Positions 21,392 to 30,899 of a DNA stretch of 33,628 nucleotides are shown one piece after another (the stretch's first letter is position 1; each line of letters starts with the position of its first letter). This DNA comes from a bacterium (GTDB lineage Bacteria; Hinthialibacterota; Hinthialibacteria; Hinthialibacterales; Hinthialibacteraceae), in the NCBI GenBank assembly GCA_963663405.2, contig CAXXSM010000145.1:1-33628 (forward strand), in the 5' to 3' direction. The position numbers and the translations under genes are program-made. The notes beneath the pieces were generated by a model, which worked only from the letters and a program-made list of their open reading frames with translations, was not told the DNA's origin and did no database searches.

Positions 21392-21602
21392 CTGAATCTC
21401 CTTGGTCATTCATTCACACTGTTATAATGAATCGGCTGTGATTGTTTGTCTGAACGTATCCGCCAATCCCCCATCTACAACTGTTTTGTGTTTGCCATTT
21501 CTCCTGTTATGTAAGATTCAATATTTAATTGTAAACCATTCCCCCACTGAAATCCAAGAGTAGTTTAAGCGTATCTGTGGAGAGGTTGGTATCAGTGGAT
21601 TT

Positions 21603-21772
21603 CTATTTGTTATATTGTGAATCATTGAGATAAATGATGAGCCGAGCCAACCGGCGGTCTGTTAGAATGACATCGGGATAGCGATCGTCATTGACCCATT
21701 CGGAAATCACGGTGAGGTGTTGATCGAGGGAATAGGGGATTGAGAGGGGGACGGTGGCGAGGCCGGTGTAGG
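21603..21772 (-). pseudogene. Orphan 3' fragment of the FG-GAP surface-protein gene (alternative C-terminus)
   Basis: Translates as [55 protein letters not shown], versus ...[25 protein letters not shown] in the full gene. It has no start of its own. Confidence 0.85.
21616..21772. repeat. 157 bp direct repeat, copy 1
   Basis: Aligns without gaps to 25681..25837 with 11 mismatches. 21703-21772 is identical to 25768-25837 (70 bp). Confidence 0.97.
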
Positions 21773-21792
21773 TAGATATTTGTTTAAAATAA

Positions 21793-22536
21793 TCATATTT
21801 CGATCGATTTAATTACCAGTTTGTCCATCAGATACTGCCAGCGAGCCGCAAATCTGTCCCGGTTATTTTGTAAAAATGTCCATATCTCTTTTGTTCCATC
21901 CATAATGAATTCATCATTTATACCTGTATCAATTAGTCTACGCTCTACTTTTCCTAACATATCAATGAAGAGTCCACAATCTTGATCTCTTATGGCGATT
22001 TCTGTAATCGTGATAGACGAGCAGTCGCGATTGATCTCAGTCAGTACATCTCTCATTTCCACAAGGAAATCATTACGTTTTCCTTTATCATTACACATAA
22101 AAACGTTACTACAGATTTCATGAAGCAATCCCAGAGAGTACTGAAATCGGGATCCGAAATGAAAGTTGTCATGAAAAGCGCAATAGTTCCTCCGAAGATT
22201 GAGTAATTCGATTTGCGCTTTCCTCTCACTACTCTTAATGGTCGATAGGATATATCCGCCAATAGTAACGATTATAATCATGAATAGATTATAGAAGAAA
22301 GAAATGGTATTGGTATCAAAGAGATTTTTCTGTATATTCTTCAGACGCTCGATTCGTGATTCAACAGCTTCTACATCATTTTCTGTGACCTTGTTCAATA
22401 TGCTAATTGATTTGTTTCCAATTTTATTGAGTGTTACGTAGTGATTGTAGTACGCGCCCCAGAAGAATATTCCACACATCATGAGCATGAGAATCAACAA
22501 AACATATATAATTCCCTGAAATATTTTTTCATTCAT
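21793..22536 (-). CDS. Hypothetical 2-TM membrane protein with cytoplasmic helical C-terminal domain (247 aa)
   Basis: Two hydrophobic segments (~aa 8-29 and ~78-98) around a short charged loop. AAGGAG RBS; starts 19 bp after the receiver gene. Confidence 0.8.
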   Translation of the reverse strand: MNEKIFQGIIYVLLILMLMMCGIFFWGAYYNHYVTLNKIGNKSISILNKVTENDVEAVESRIERLKNIQKNLFDTNTISFFYNLFMIIIVTIGGYILSTIKSSERKAQIELLNLRRNYCAFHDNFHFGSRFQYSLGLLHEICSNVFMCNDKGKRNDFLVEMRDVLTEINRDCSSITITEIAIRDQDCGLFIDMLGKVERRLIDTGINDEFIMDGTKEIWTFLQNNRDRFAARWQYLMDKLVIKSIEI

Positions 22537-22555
22537 ATCTAATGCTCCTTTATTC

Positions 22556-22993
22556 TCATATTCTTTGCAAGAATTTGATTATCTCCTCACCTGGACTTGT
22601 ATTACCTTCTCTCTTCTTAATCTGCTTCATTTGATTAAGAAGATTCTTATCTTTCGTTGTGGCATTCATTTTCAACACATCAAGGTATGCAGAATAGATA
22701 ATCGTTCGCTCAAGCATCTCAGGATATGAAGGTAACACATGCTTTTTAAACCAAATCCAACCACTAAATAGCCCATCTTTGGTTCCATTAATTTCTTTTG
22801 GCTTGAGACCGTCAGTCGGAAGATTCAGATCCAGTATAATCGCATGTATTTCAACTTCCTCTTCTCCACTCATATAGCTGTTTGCATCAGACGGATTAAA
22901 TGCCTCATATACTTTAAATCCCTTATATTCAAGTAAATCTGTTAGGGTAGCTGTGATTGAACCTCGATCTTCGAGTAATAACACATTCAACAT
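22556..22993 (-). CDS. Single-domain response regulator (REC only)
   Basis: VLLLED acidic pair, IILD55LNLP phosphoacceptor, IIYS101A switch residue, Lys near 126-127. No output domain. Starts 2 bp after the kinase stop. Confidence 0.9.
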   Translation of the reverse strand: MLNVLLLEDRGSITATLTDLLEYKGFKVYEAFNPSDANSYMSGEEEVEIHAIILDLNLPTDGLKPKEINGTKDGLFSGWIWFKKHVLPSYPEMLERTIIYSAYLDVLKMNATTKDKNLLNQMKQIKKREGNTSPGEEIIKFLQRI

Positions 22994-22995
22994 GA

Positions 22996-25479
22996 TTATC
23001 CATTCTCCTTTCGTGGAAACCGAGCAACAAAAGTTACTTTATATGTAGGCTTATCTATTTCGTCTCTTATGGCCTGTTTGGAAGGAGGATATCTTAGGAT
23101 TTTTATAGGCTCGTTGGTCATAAGATTAAGTTTCGGTCTTCCATTTGTATCCAATTCATATTCTTTTGCGACAACTTGATCATAGATTTTAGATTTCTTT
23201 AAACGTTCCAATTCTGCAGTTAATATATCAAGTTTTTCTTTATCTTTTAAGACTTTTTTCTGTCTAATACATGGTTCAAGCAAAGGAATATTGTATTTTG
23301 ATATTTCTTCATTTTCTTCGACCGTGATTGTTCCACCATGGGCTTCCGTTATTTTACGCGCAAGATAGAGACCAATCCCGAGACCGGATTCGGCATTATC
23401 TGATTTATTAAAGGCTCCAAATATGTTATGGTTTACATCGGCTCGAATACCATAATCAGTGATACTAAGGATGTACATAGCATTTTGTTTTGGATTCCTT
23501 CCATCATTCGATTCAAGTTTAAAATCCATATGAATGCAAGTACCACGATAGCCATACTTTTCTGCGTTGTTTAAAATATTATAAATTAGCATTTCCAAGA
23601 GGTTTATATCCGCTGTAATTTCTGGTCGCAGATGATCATTAAATTTCTTAGGTACCTGATAACGTAAAATCATCTTTTTTCTCTCTCTTTCCATATAAAA
23701 AGAATCCCACCATTTACCAAGGAGTTCTCTATATGGTGAGAAAGTATCTAGTTGAACATTGAGTGCTTCGTTATAAGCAATCTTTCTGGCAAATTCCGTG
23801 ATGCTCCTTAACTGTTTGAGATAAGCTCTAATATTACGGGATAAATCCTCGGCCTTTTTGTCAGTAATTCCTCTCATCTCATCCGGTGTTTCCATGTAGC
23901 GCAAACGAATGAAATCGAGCCCATCACACTGTTGAGATAACTCGTGTGATAGATACAAAAGTTCACGCTGTTCGATCATAGCAGTATGATAAGCAGTAAA
24001 CGAAGCCATAATGCTTCCAATGAGAGTGAATAGCGGACGAAGTGTTCCATAAAAATCGTTATCTCGAATGAATCCGTTCTGTGGTTTATGTTCTGGAGCA
24101 GAGAGAGGACACACGTCTGACATGCCAAAGAGAAAAAACGGAGGCGTGATAATTCCAAAATGCAATGGCACAGAAATTAATGCAAACTCTCCCAACAATT
24201 CACAATCTTCACATTGGAGTCTTGAAAGAAGTGGAGAGTCGGGGGAATTAGAGAGAACTACATCATACTCTGTGCGAATAGGAGGGTTGTCCATGCTTAT
24301 ACGAAGCGTTTTTAAAATTCTCTCATCGACAGAAGAACCATCTGGTGGGATAGCAATGGCAATTGGACTTAGGTTTTTGGACAAGGTTAGATGTTCTAAA
24401 GAGGCGAACATTACTACATATTGAAGTGAGAACTCTTCTCTTATTTTTTCCATAATCTCAGACATAATGATCTGAAAATACTCGCTCATTTCGGAATACT
24501 CACCGGGAGTGATAAATGAGAGTTCGTCGTCGATTTTCCTTGATGCGCTCGTTACACGGGTTCGAACATAAAAACGCCGCTGGCTTTCCAGTTCTCTTTG
24601 TAGAACATCCCTCTCCAGTGTGCATAGAGATTTATCGACCATCTCAATCAGGTTTTCATAATCATCATTTGAAAGTACACGACTTCTCTCGTGTCGCTCA
24701 TTCAAAATATGTGGCGTGTTCTCTTCATTTGGTGAGATTGCATCGTCCAATTCACTTATCAATTCATCATGCAATGTATTTAAGAGGTATTTTTCGTCTA
24801 ATCCATATTTGGCGCAGTAATTTTCGAAACAGTTGGGGAAACGATGAAGCAATTCAACAGGGCGGTTTTTAATAAATTGCTTCTTCTTATCAAGTATTAT
24901 TTGTTCTTCAAAAAAAGTGGCTACTAAACGATCTTCAAGAAGGATAGGGAAAATAGTCACGCGAAAACCCAAAAAAGGGCAATCATATTCGATATAATTG
25001 CGTCTTCCAACTTTATTTATTTTGATGTTACTATAAGAGATATTCTTGTATAATTCCTTCGTTGAAGGAGTTTCTTCGATATTTTTGTAATAGCGATCTA
25101 TCTCAACATCGTTCCAACCATTATTCGCAAGATGATGCACTAGCAATGCATAAAAATCATCACAACGTTTACAGAGAATAGAATCTTCACCATCATCAGA
25201 AAGAGTAATTTTACGGAAGAATTCACATGATCGGCACATCTTGTAGGGCAACAACGATGAATCTGTTCTTCGGCACTCAGAATTTACTATCTCAATTATC
25301 GTAGAGGGGTAACCAGCCTGATCAGATATGGAGAATTGAATTCCTTGCATATAAATATTAGGAATAAGGCCGAATATGTCCTTACGATCATCCTTTGAAC
25401 CATCAGGCAATATCCAATAGTCACTAGTAATGCAGTCAGGTCTAAGCGGCCATTTACTATTACTACAACGTTCTGGCAT
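22996..25479 (-). CDS. Soluble sensor histidine kinase with PocR-like and GAF-like input domains
   Basis: PocR-like pattern (CEFFRK...LCKRCD...YDCPFLGF...FPILLEDRLVATFF.EQ), H-box LSHELSQ, N-box NILNNAEKYG, ITDYG, GLGIGLYLARKITEAHGG. No obvious TM segment. ATG 25479 has a GGAG RBS; the ORF track TTG start at 25527 is an alternative. Confidence 0.88.
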   Translation of the reverse strand: MPERCSNSKWPLRPDCITSDYWILPDGSKDDRKDIFGLIPNIYMQGIQFSISDQAGYPSTIIEIVNSECRRTDSSLLPYKMCRSCEFFRKITLSDDGEDSILCKRCDDFYALLVHHLANNGWNDVEIDRYYKNIEETPSTKELYKNISYSNIKINKVGRRNYIEYDCPFLGFRVTIFPILLEDRLVATFFEEQIILDKKKQFIKNRPVELLHRFPNCFENYCAKYGLDEKYLLNTLHDELISELDDAISPNEENTPHILNERHERSRVLSNDDYENLIEMVDKSLCTLERDVLQRELESQRRFYVRTRVTSASRKIDDELSFITPGEYSEMSEYFQIIMSEIMEKIREEFSLQYVVMFASLEHLTLSKNLSPIAIAIPPDGSSVDERILKTLRISMDNPPIRTEYDVVLSNSPDSPLLSRLQCEDCELLGEFALISVPLHFGIITPPFFLFGMSDVCPLSAPEHKPQNGFIRDNDFYGTLRPLFTLIGSIMASFTAYHTAMIEQRELLYLSHELSQQCDGLDFIRLRYMETPDEMRGITDKKAEDLSRNIRAYLKQLRSITEFARKIAYNEALNVQLDTFSPYRELLGKWWDSFYMERERKKMILRYQVPKKFNDHLRPEITADINLLEMLIYNILNNAEKYGYRGTCIHMDFKLESNDGRNPKQNAMYILSITDYGIRADVNHNIFGAFNKSDNAESGLGIGLYLARKITEAHGGTITVEENEEISKYNIPLLEPCIRQKKVLKDKEKLDILTAELERLKKSKIYDQVVAKEYELDTNGRPKLNLMTNEPIKILRYPPSKQAIRDEIDKPTYKVTFVARFPRKENG

Positions 25480-25548
25480 CAGTTTCTCCAAACAAAGTGA
25501 TCCTGTGGAAATCCAATCGCTTTTCAATTTAATTTAACAGCATAATGT

Positions 25549-25578
25549 ACTATATATTCTATAATTATTGGACGTCAA
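25549..25578 (-). promoter_or_regulatory. Putative sigma70 promoter of the islet operon
   Basis: Minus strand TTGACG, 18 bp spacer, TATAGT, in the AT-rich spacer inside the repeat-bounded unit. Confidence 0.45.
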
Positions 25579-25676
25579 GTTCAGAAATCTCTTTATTGCT
25601 GATTTTTATATAATATGCTTATCACATTAAAGAAGATCGAAAAGATTCCAATGATATTGGAATCGATTATATTTTT

Positions 25677-28600
25677 TTACTGTGATTCATTGAGATATAC
25701 AATGAGCCGGTCCAACCGGCGGTCTGTTAGAATGACATCCGGATACTGATCGTCATTAACCCATTCAGAAATCACGGTGAGGTGTTGATCGAGGGAATAG
25801 GGGATTGAGAGGGGGACGGTGGCGAGGCCGGTGTAGGCGCCAGGGCTGTTTCCGCAGTAGAGGGCTAAGATGGAATATCCCGCGTTGATATCCAAGCCGG
25901 TCAGCATGATTTCGGTGTTTCCATTTTGATTGAAATCGCCCGCTGTGATTCCTGTGACGGTCATGGGCAATCGATTTTGCAGGATTTGAGACTGAATCCG
26001 GTCCGTCGCGCCGAAAAAAGTACGAACCGTTCCATCAAATGACGGGACGATAATGTCCGTGATGGTATCCGCGTTCAGATCCATTAGAGATAATCCCAAT
26101 GGCGTGTTGCCCGCGATGATATCGTCTAGGTTCATCGTATACAAGCGATGCAATTGGCGATTTTGAAGCGCAAAGATAGAAACGCCGTTCGGCGCGGCGT
26201 GTGTCACGATGAGTTCATCGATACCATCCGCGTTTACATCCGCGGCTCCCAATCGCAGGGGCGTAAAGTCAACAAGCCATTCATAGAGAAGGCGGCTCCG
26301 GCCCGATTCGTAGAAGTGATAGAATAGGATTCGATCGTAGCCGCTTACGGCAAGCAACTGATTGAGCCCCGTTAGCAACCTTCCCGCCGCGATTAGTTTT
26401 AATGGCGCGTGATAGCCTTGGATTCCGGGGAGCGGCGCCTCAATGGGGAGAGAGATCTGGTGGGTTTGTGTGAAATTCCCCTGTCCGGCTCCTTGGTGAA
26501 TCGTGAGGACGGAATCGATCGCGCCAAGGAGGATTAGATCATCCTTGGCGTCTCCCGTCAGGTCTTTCATAATCACATTCAGACATCCTTCCCCCCCGAT
26601 CCAATCCGACCGCGTATATTCTCCATTTGCGCCGCTCATTAATAACGTCGCTGAATTGCTGTCATAATTCGCTGTCAGAAAATCCGGTTGGCCATCCTGA
26701 TTGATATCCGAAGAGACAACATCCAATGGGCCCGGTCCGACAGATTCTATCCGGTAGGGAGAGAAGGCGATCTGTTCTCCGCAGGGAGACAACACGATAG
26801 TTGGAACGGGCAGCGGTGTTGGTGTGGGTGTCTTTGTCGGAGTCGGAGTAGCTCTATTAAACGCCGCTGTGGGAGTGGGAGAACGATAGACTGCGATTAT
26901 AGGAAGTTGAATAGGGTGGAGAGGTGGATTCTCAGTGGAGTGTATTTCTATCTGACCACCGGGCATGACGCGCATAGCGGCGATTCCCTTTGGTAGGGGT
27001 GTGGGAACGATCCATGCGATCTGCTCGCGTGGAAATGTATTGGGGATGATGAAGTCATACAGTGAATTTTGGCTTTGGTATTGTTCCGAGGAATTGAGAA
27101 TCACTGGCGGGGATAGATAGAAGGATCGAAAAATAAAGTGAGAGACTTTGATCAGCGCTTGCTGCGATCGCGCGCGTTTTCCATCGGACACGTGTATTGT
27201 AATGGGAAACGATCCCACCCGCTTCGGTTCCTGCGCCCATAATATGCGAGAGGAATCGATGGTTAAAACCGGCCCGTCCGAATGGGTTTCCACTTCCCAG
27301 GATAGAAGGTCTTTCTGTGTATAATCGCTGTGAACGTATTCATCCAAGTTCAGTAAAACTGTAGACGGCTGATCAAGGAGGATTCGTAGATCGGGAATTT
27401 TTCTTAATACAAGTAAATTCTCCAACATGATGGTTGGAGTACAAGAGGGTGATTTTGTTGGCGTCCGTGTCGAAGTGGGGATGCGCGTAGGCGTTACCGT
27501 TGAAACCGGTGTTGGGGTGAATGTTTGTGTGGCGGTGGAAGATGGGGCGCTGGCGGGCGTCAACGTACGCGTTTGTGTAATCGTGAGAGTTGGCGTTGGT
27601 GTTAATGTTGCTGTAGATGCAGCCGTTGTTGTATATGTTAAGGTTGGACTCATTGTAAACGAGGGCGTAACCGTTGGCGCCCACGTTGGGATTTGTGTTG
27701 GGAAGGCGAATGTTGGAACAGAAATAGTCCTTGTAGGTGTTGGTGATGTTGTTGGAACGAGTGTCCATGCGGGTGTGTTGGAAGGTGTTGGAGTAAAGGA
27801 CGCGGCAAGAGTCCTCGTTGGAGCGGCGGTTATAGTTGGATGAATCATGGGCGTCCAGGTGAGTGAAGGCGCCGGTGTGACTGTGGGCGTGTTCGTTGAC
27901 GTGGGGGATAGAGTACGTGTTGGTGTTGCTGTTGGGATATGCGTAGGACTTGCTTGAGGTGTCCACGTTTTTGTCCTAGATGGAGATGGAGCCGGCGCTG
28001 GAGGCGCTTGAGTTGGAGATACAAAAATGAAATAGGAGATCTCTTTTTGACTGCGCTCGTTTCCATCATCGGCGTACATAGTAAAACGGCGCGTTCCAAG
28101 CCGGTCTGTATCCAGTTCTAAGTCCATGAAGGCGAAGGAAGGAATGTAGGCCGATCCAAGAATTTCAACAGGCGCGTTTTGTGAAAAAGAAATTGTAAGC
28201 GAATCCCCGTCTTCATCCGTAACGGCGGCAGACAGATACACCAACATTCCTTGTTTCCACATGTAAGGTTCTTCCGGATACACCATAATAACCGGTGGAT
28301 GATTCTTGGGTGGTTTCGTAGGAATTATGATGATCGTGGGTGTTGTGGAGGCTGTTGGAGTCGATGTTGGGGAAGCTGTCTGTGTGGGCGTGGTTGTTGG
28401 AATGGGAGTAGGCGCCGCTGTCTGAGTCTCTGTCTGTGTCGGAATTGAAGTAAATGTTGGGGTTGATGAAGGTGTCCAGGTGGCGGTTGATGTGGGGATT
28501 GGGGTGAAAGTAGATGTGTGTGTTGGGCTAGGAGGGATCACACCCCATTCATCCACAATCATGTAGGTGATCTCTTTATCACTCGTCTCTTTTCCATCAT

Positions 28601-30772
28601 TGGCGGAGACAAGAACGTGATACAGACCATACCGGTCTGTGTTCAATGCGGCGTCGAAATACGCGTAATAGGGAATGTGCGCTTCATTCTTAATTGCGGC
28701 AAGTGTGGAGGGGGCCATAGAGATAGTAAGGGGATCGCCGTCTTCATCGAACACAGCGATGGATATAAAAGCCTGCGAACCACGCGCCCATCGATAAGGG
28801 CCGTCTGGATTGATTGTGATCAGAGGAGGATGGTTTCTGGGCGGTTGCGTGGGTGTTGATGTGTTCGTTCGTGTTGGAATTGTCGTATGGGTCAAAGTCA
28901 TGGAAGGCGCCGGAGTCGATGTGAAGGTCCATGTTGGCGTAAGCGTAGGTGTATAAGTATGTGTAGCGGTCCATGTTGGCGCCGGGGTATTAGTAAAAGT
29001 GGGGGATGGCGCGCAGGTTGGGGTATACGTAGGTTCGAATGTGGGAGAGGGGGAGGGAGTCGCTGTTGGAGGGATCCAACCGCTTTCATCAAAAACGAAA
29101 AAAGAGATATCCCGCCATGTAGATTCTCTTCCATCATCCGCGTGGATAGTGAAACCAAAACTCCCTAATCGCTCTGTCTTCAATTCTAAATCCATATAGG
29201 CGTAACAAGGGATAAAGGCCATGCCCTTGATCTTCACATACTCATCTGAAGATATGGAAACCGTAATAGGATCCCCGTCTTCATCGAAAACGATGCTGGA
29301 GATCACGATCTGTTCGTTCTGCTGGAACCGATACGGCTCTTCGGGATGGACTTGAATCTGAGGAGGATGGTTCCAGGGCCTGATTGTGCGCGTTGCTGTG
29401 ACAGTTGGAGATGGGGTAGCGGATGGAGCCGGTGTTGGGGATGGGGTAGGCGTGCATGTGTGTGTCAACGTAGGTTCGGGAGTGAAGGTAGGCGCCACCG
29501 TCGGTGTTACCGTTTTTGTGGGAATAACTGTTGCAGTTGATGTCGGTTCCGGCGTAGGCGTCCGAGATGGCGCCGGTGTATTTGTAGGCGCGGCGGTTGG
29601 TGTTTGAGTTTGAGTGGCAGCAGGTGTTTCGGTGTAATTGGCGGAAGGCGTTTGAGTGACTGTAGGAGTTTCGGTATGAGTGGCTGTAGGAACTTGAGTG
29701 ACTGTAGAAGTTTCGGTATGAGTGGCGGTAGGAATATGAGTGACTGTAGAAGTTTCGGTATGAGTGGCTGTTGGAGTCTGTGTGACAGTGGGCGTTTCAG
29801 TATGTGTAGGCGTTGGAGTCTGGGTGACAGTGGGCGTTTCGGTATGTGTAGGCGTTGGAGTCTGGGTGACAGTGGGCGTTTCAGTATGTGTAGGCGTTGG
29901 AGTCTGTGTGACAGTGGGCGTTTCAGTATGTGTAGGCGTTGGAGTCTGTGTGACAGTGGGCGTTTCGGTATGAGTAGCAGTTGGAGTCTGGGTGACAGTG
30001 GGCGTTTCAGTATGAGTAGGCGTTGGAGTCTGTGTGACAGTGGGCGTTTCAGTATGTGTAGGCGTTGGAGTCTGTGTGACAAGTGGGCGTTTCAGTATGA
30101 GTAGCAGTTGGAGTCTGGGTGACAGTGGGCGTTTCAGTATGTGTAGGCGTTGGAGTCTGTGTGACAGTGGGCGTTTCGGTATGAGTAGCAGTTGGAGTCT
30201 GTGTGACAGTGGGCGTTTCGGTATGAGTAGCAGTTGGAGTCTGGGTGACAGTGGGCGTTTCAGTATGAGTAGCTGTTGGAGTTTGGGTGGCAGTGGGCGT
30301 TTCGGTATGTGTAGGCGTTGGAGTCTGGGTGACAGTGGGCGTTTCGGTATGTGTAGGCGTTGGAGTCTGGGTGACAGTGGGCGTTTCGGTATGAAGTAGC
30401 AGTTGGAGTCTGGGTGACAGTGGGCGTTTCAGTATGAGTAGGAGTTGGAGTCTGTGTGACAGTGGGCGTTTCTGTATGGGTGGCAGACGGAGTGTGAGTA
30501 ACTGTGGGTGTCTTTGTTTGTGTGGCTGTATTGGTTGTTGTTTGTGTAACTGTTCGAGTTGGTGTTGGTGAATGATATTTTGTAGGGGTTGGGGAACGGG
30601 TTTTGGTTGGTGTTGGGAGAGCGGGGTTCTCTGTTGGAGTCGGCGTATCCGTTACTGTTGGTGTGTATTGCTGCGCGTTGGTATGGTTCACCAAAATTAG
30701 AGAGAGGGCTACAATGCATAAACAGAGAATCCTCAGGGAATTCTGACTTTTGCGATTCATGTTACTAAACAT
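25677..30772 (-). CDS. Giant Pro/Thr-rich surface protein with Ig/cadherin-like repeats and C-terminal FG-GAP/VCBS repeats (~1,697 aa; two frameshifts)
   Basis: The signal-peptide ORF 30260..30772 joins 25677..29498 exactly if two extra A's (at ~30394 and ~30081, both breaking the 42 bp repeat unit) are removed. Three NHPP...DEDGD...ADDG domains, PT linkers, and FG-GAP motifs [33 protein letters not shown]. Confidence 0.88.
25681..25837. repeat. 157 bp direct repeat, copy 2 (the 3' end of the surface-protein gene)
   Basis: Matches 21616..21772 at a constant offset of 4,065 bp. Confidence 0.97.
29650..30510. repeat. Intragenic 42 bp tandem repeat, ~20 copies ([11 protein letters not shown][P/A]TH)
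   Basis: Unit gttggagtctg[tg]gtgacagtgggcgtttc[ag]gtatg[ta]gtag[gc/ca], near-identical in the centre and degenerate at both ends. Confidence 0.95.
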
Positions 30773-30899
30773 AATAATTTTATTCGTTGTGTGCCAGTAT
30801 TTGAGTATGTAAATGTTTGAGTGAACGCCGAAACTGCTTATTTTGCAATATTAACATCCAAAGGATGGAATCTCTAGGTCTATTTATAAGAAAAACGTC

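Larger units (their letters stand above)
21616..25837. mobile_element. Putative integrated low-GC islet bounded by direct repeats (repeat period 4,065 bp), no integrase
   Basis: Flanking gene-terminal duplication, abrupt drop in GC inside (about 35% in a sampled line, visibly below the flanking genes) and a self-contained three-gene operon. Confidence 0.7.

Noticed and set aside
21616-25837. Diversity-generating retroelement TR/VR pair
   Set aside because: The 11 mismatches are not adenine-specific in either copy on either strand and are mostly at third codon positions. No reverse transcriptase is in the window.
29507-30399. ORFs such as [15 protein letters not shown]... and the VGVSVCVG... 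/ [10 protein letters not shown]... repeats
   Set aside because: These are alternative-frame and antisense readings of the Thr/Pro repeat array.
29650-30510. CRISPR array
   Set aside because: The units are contiguous 42 bp coding repeats with no unique spacers, and there are no cas genes.
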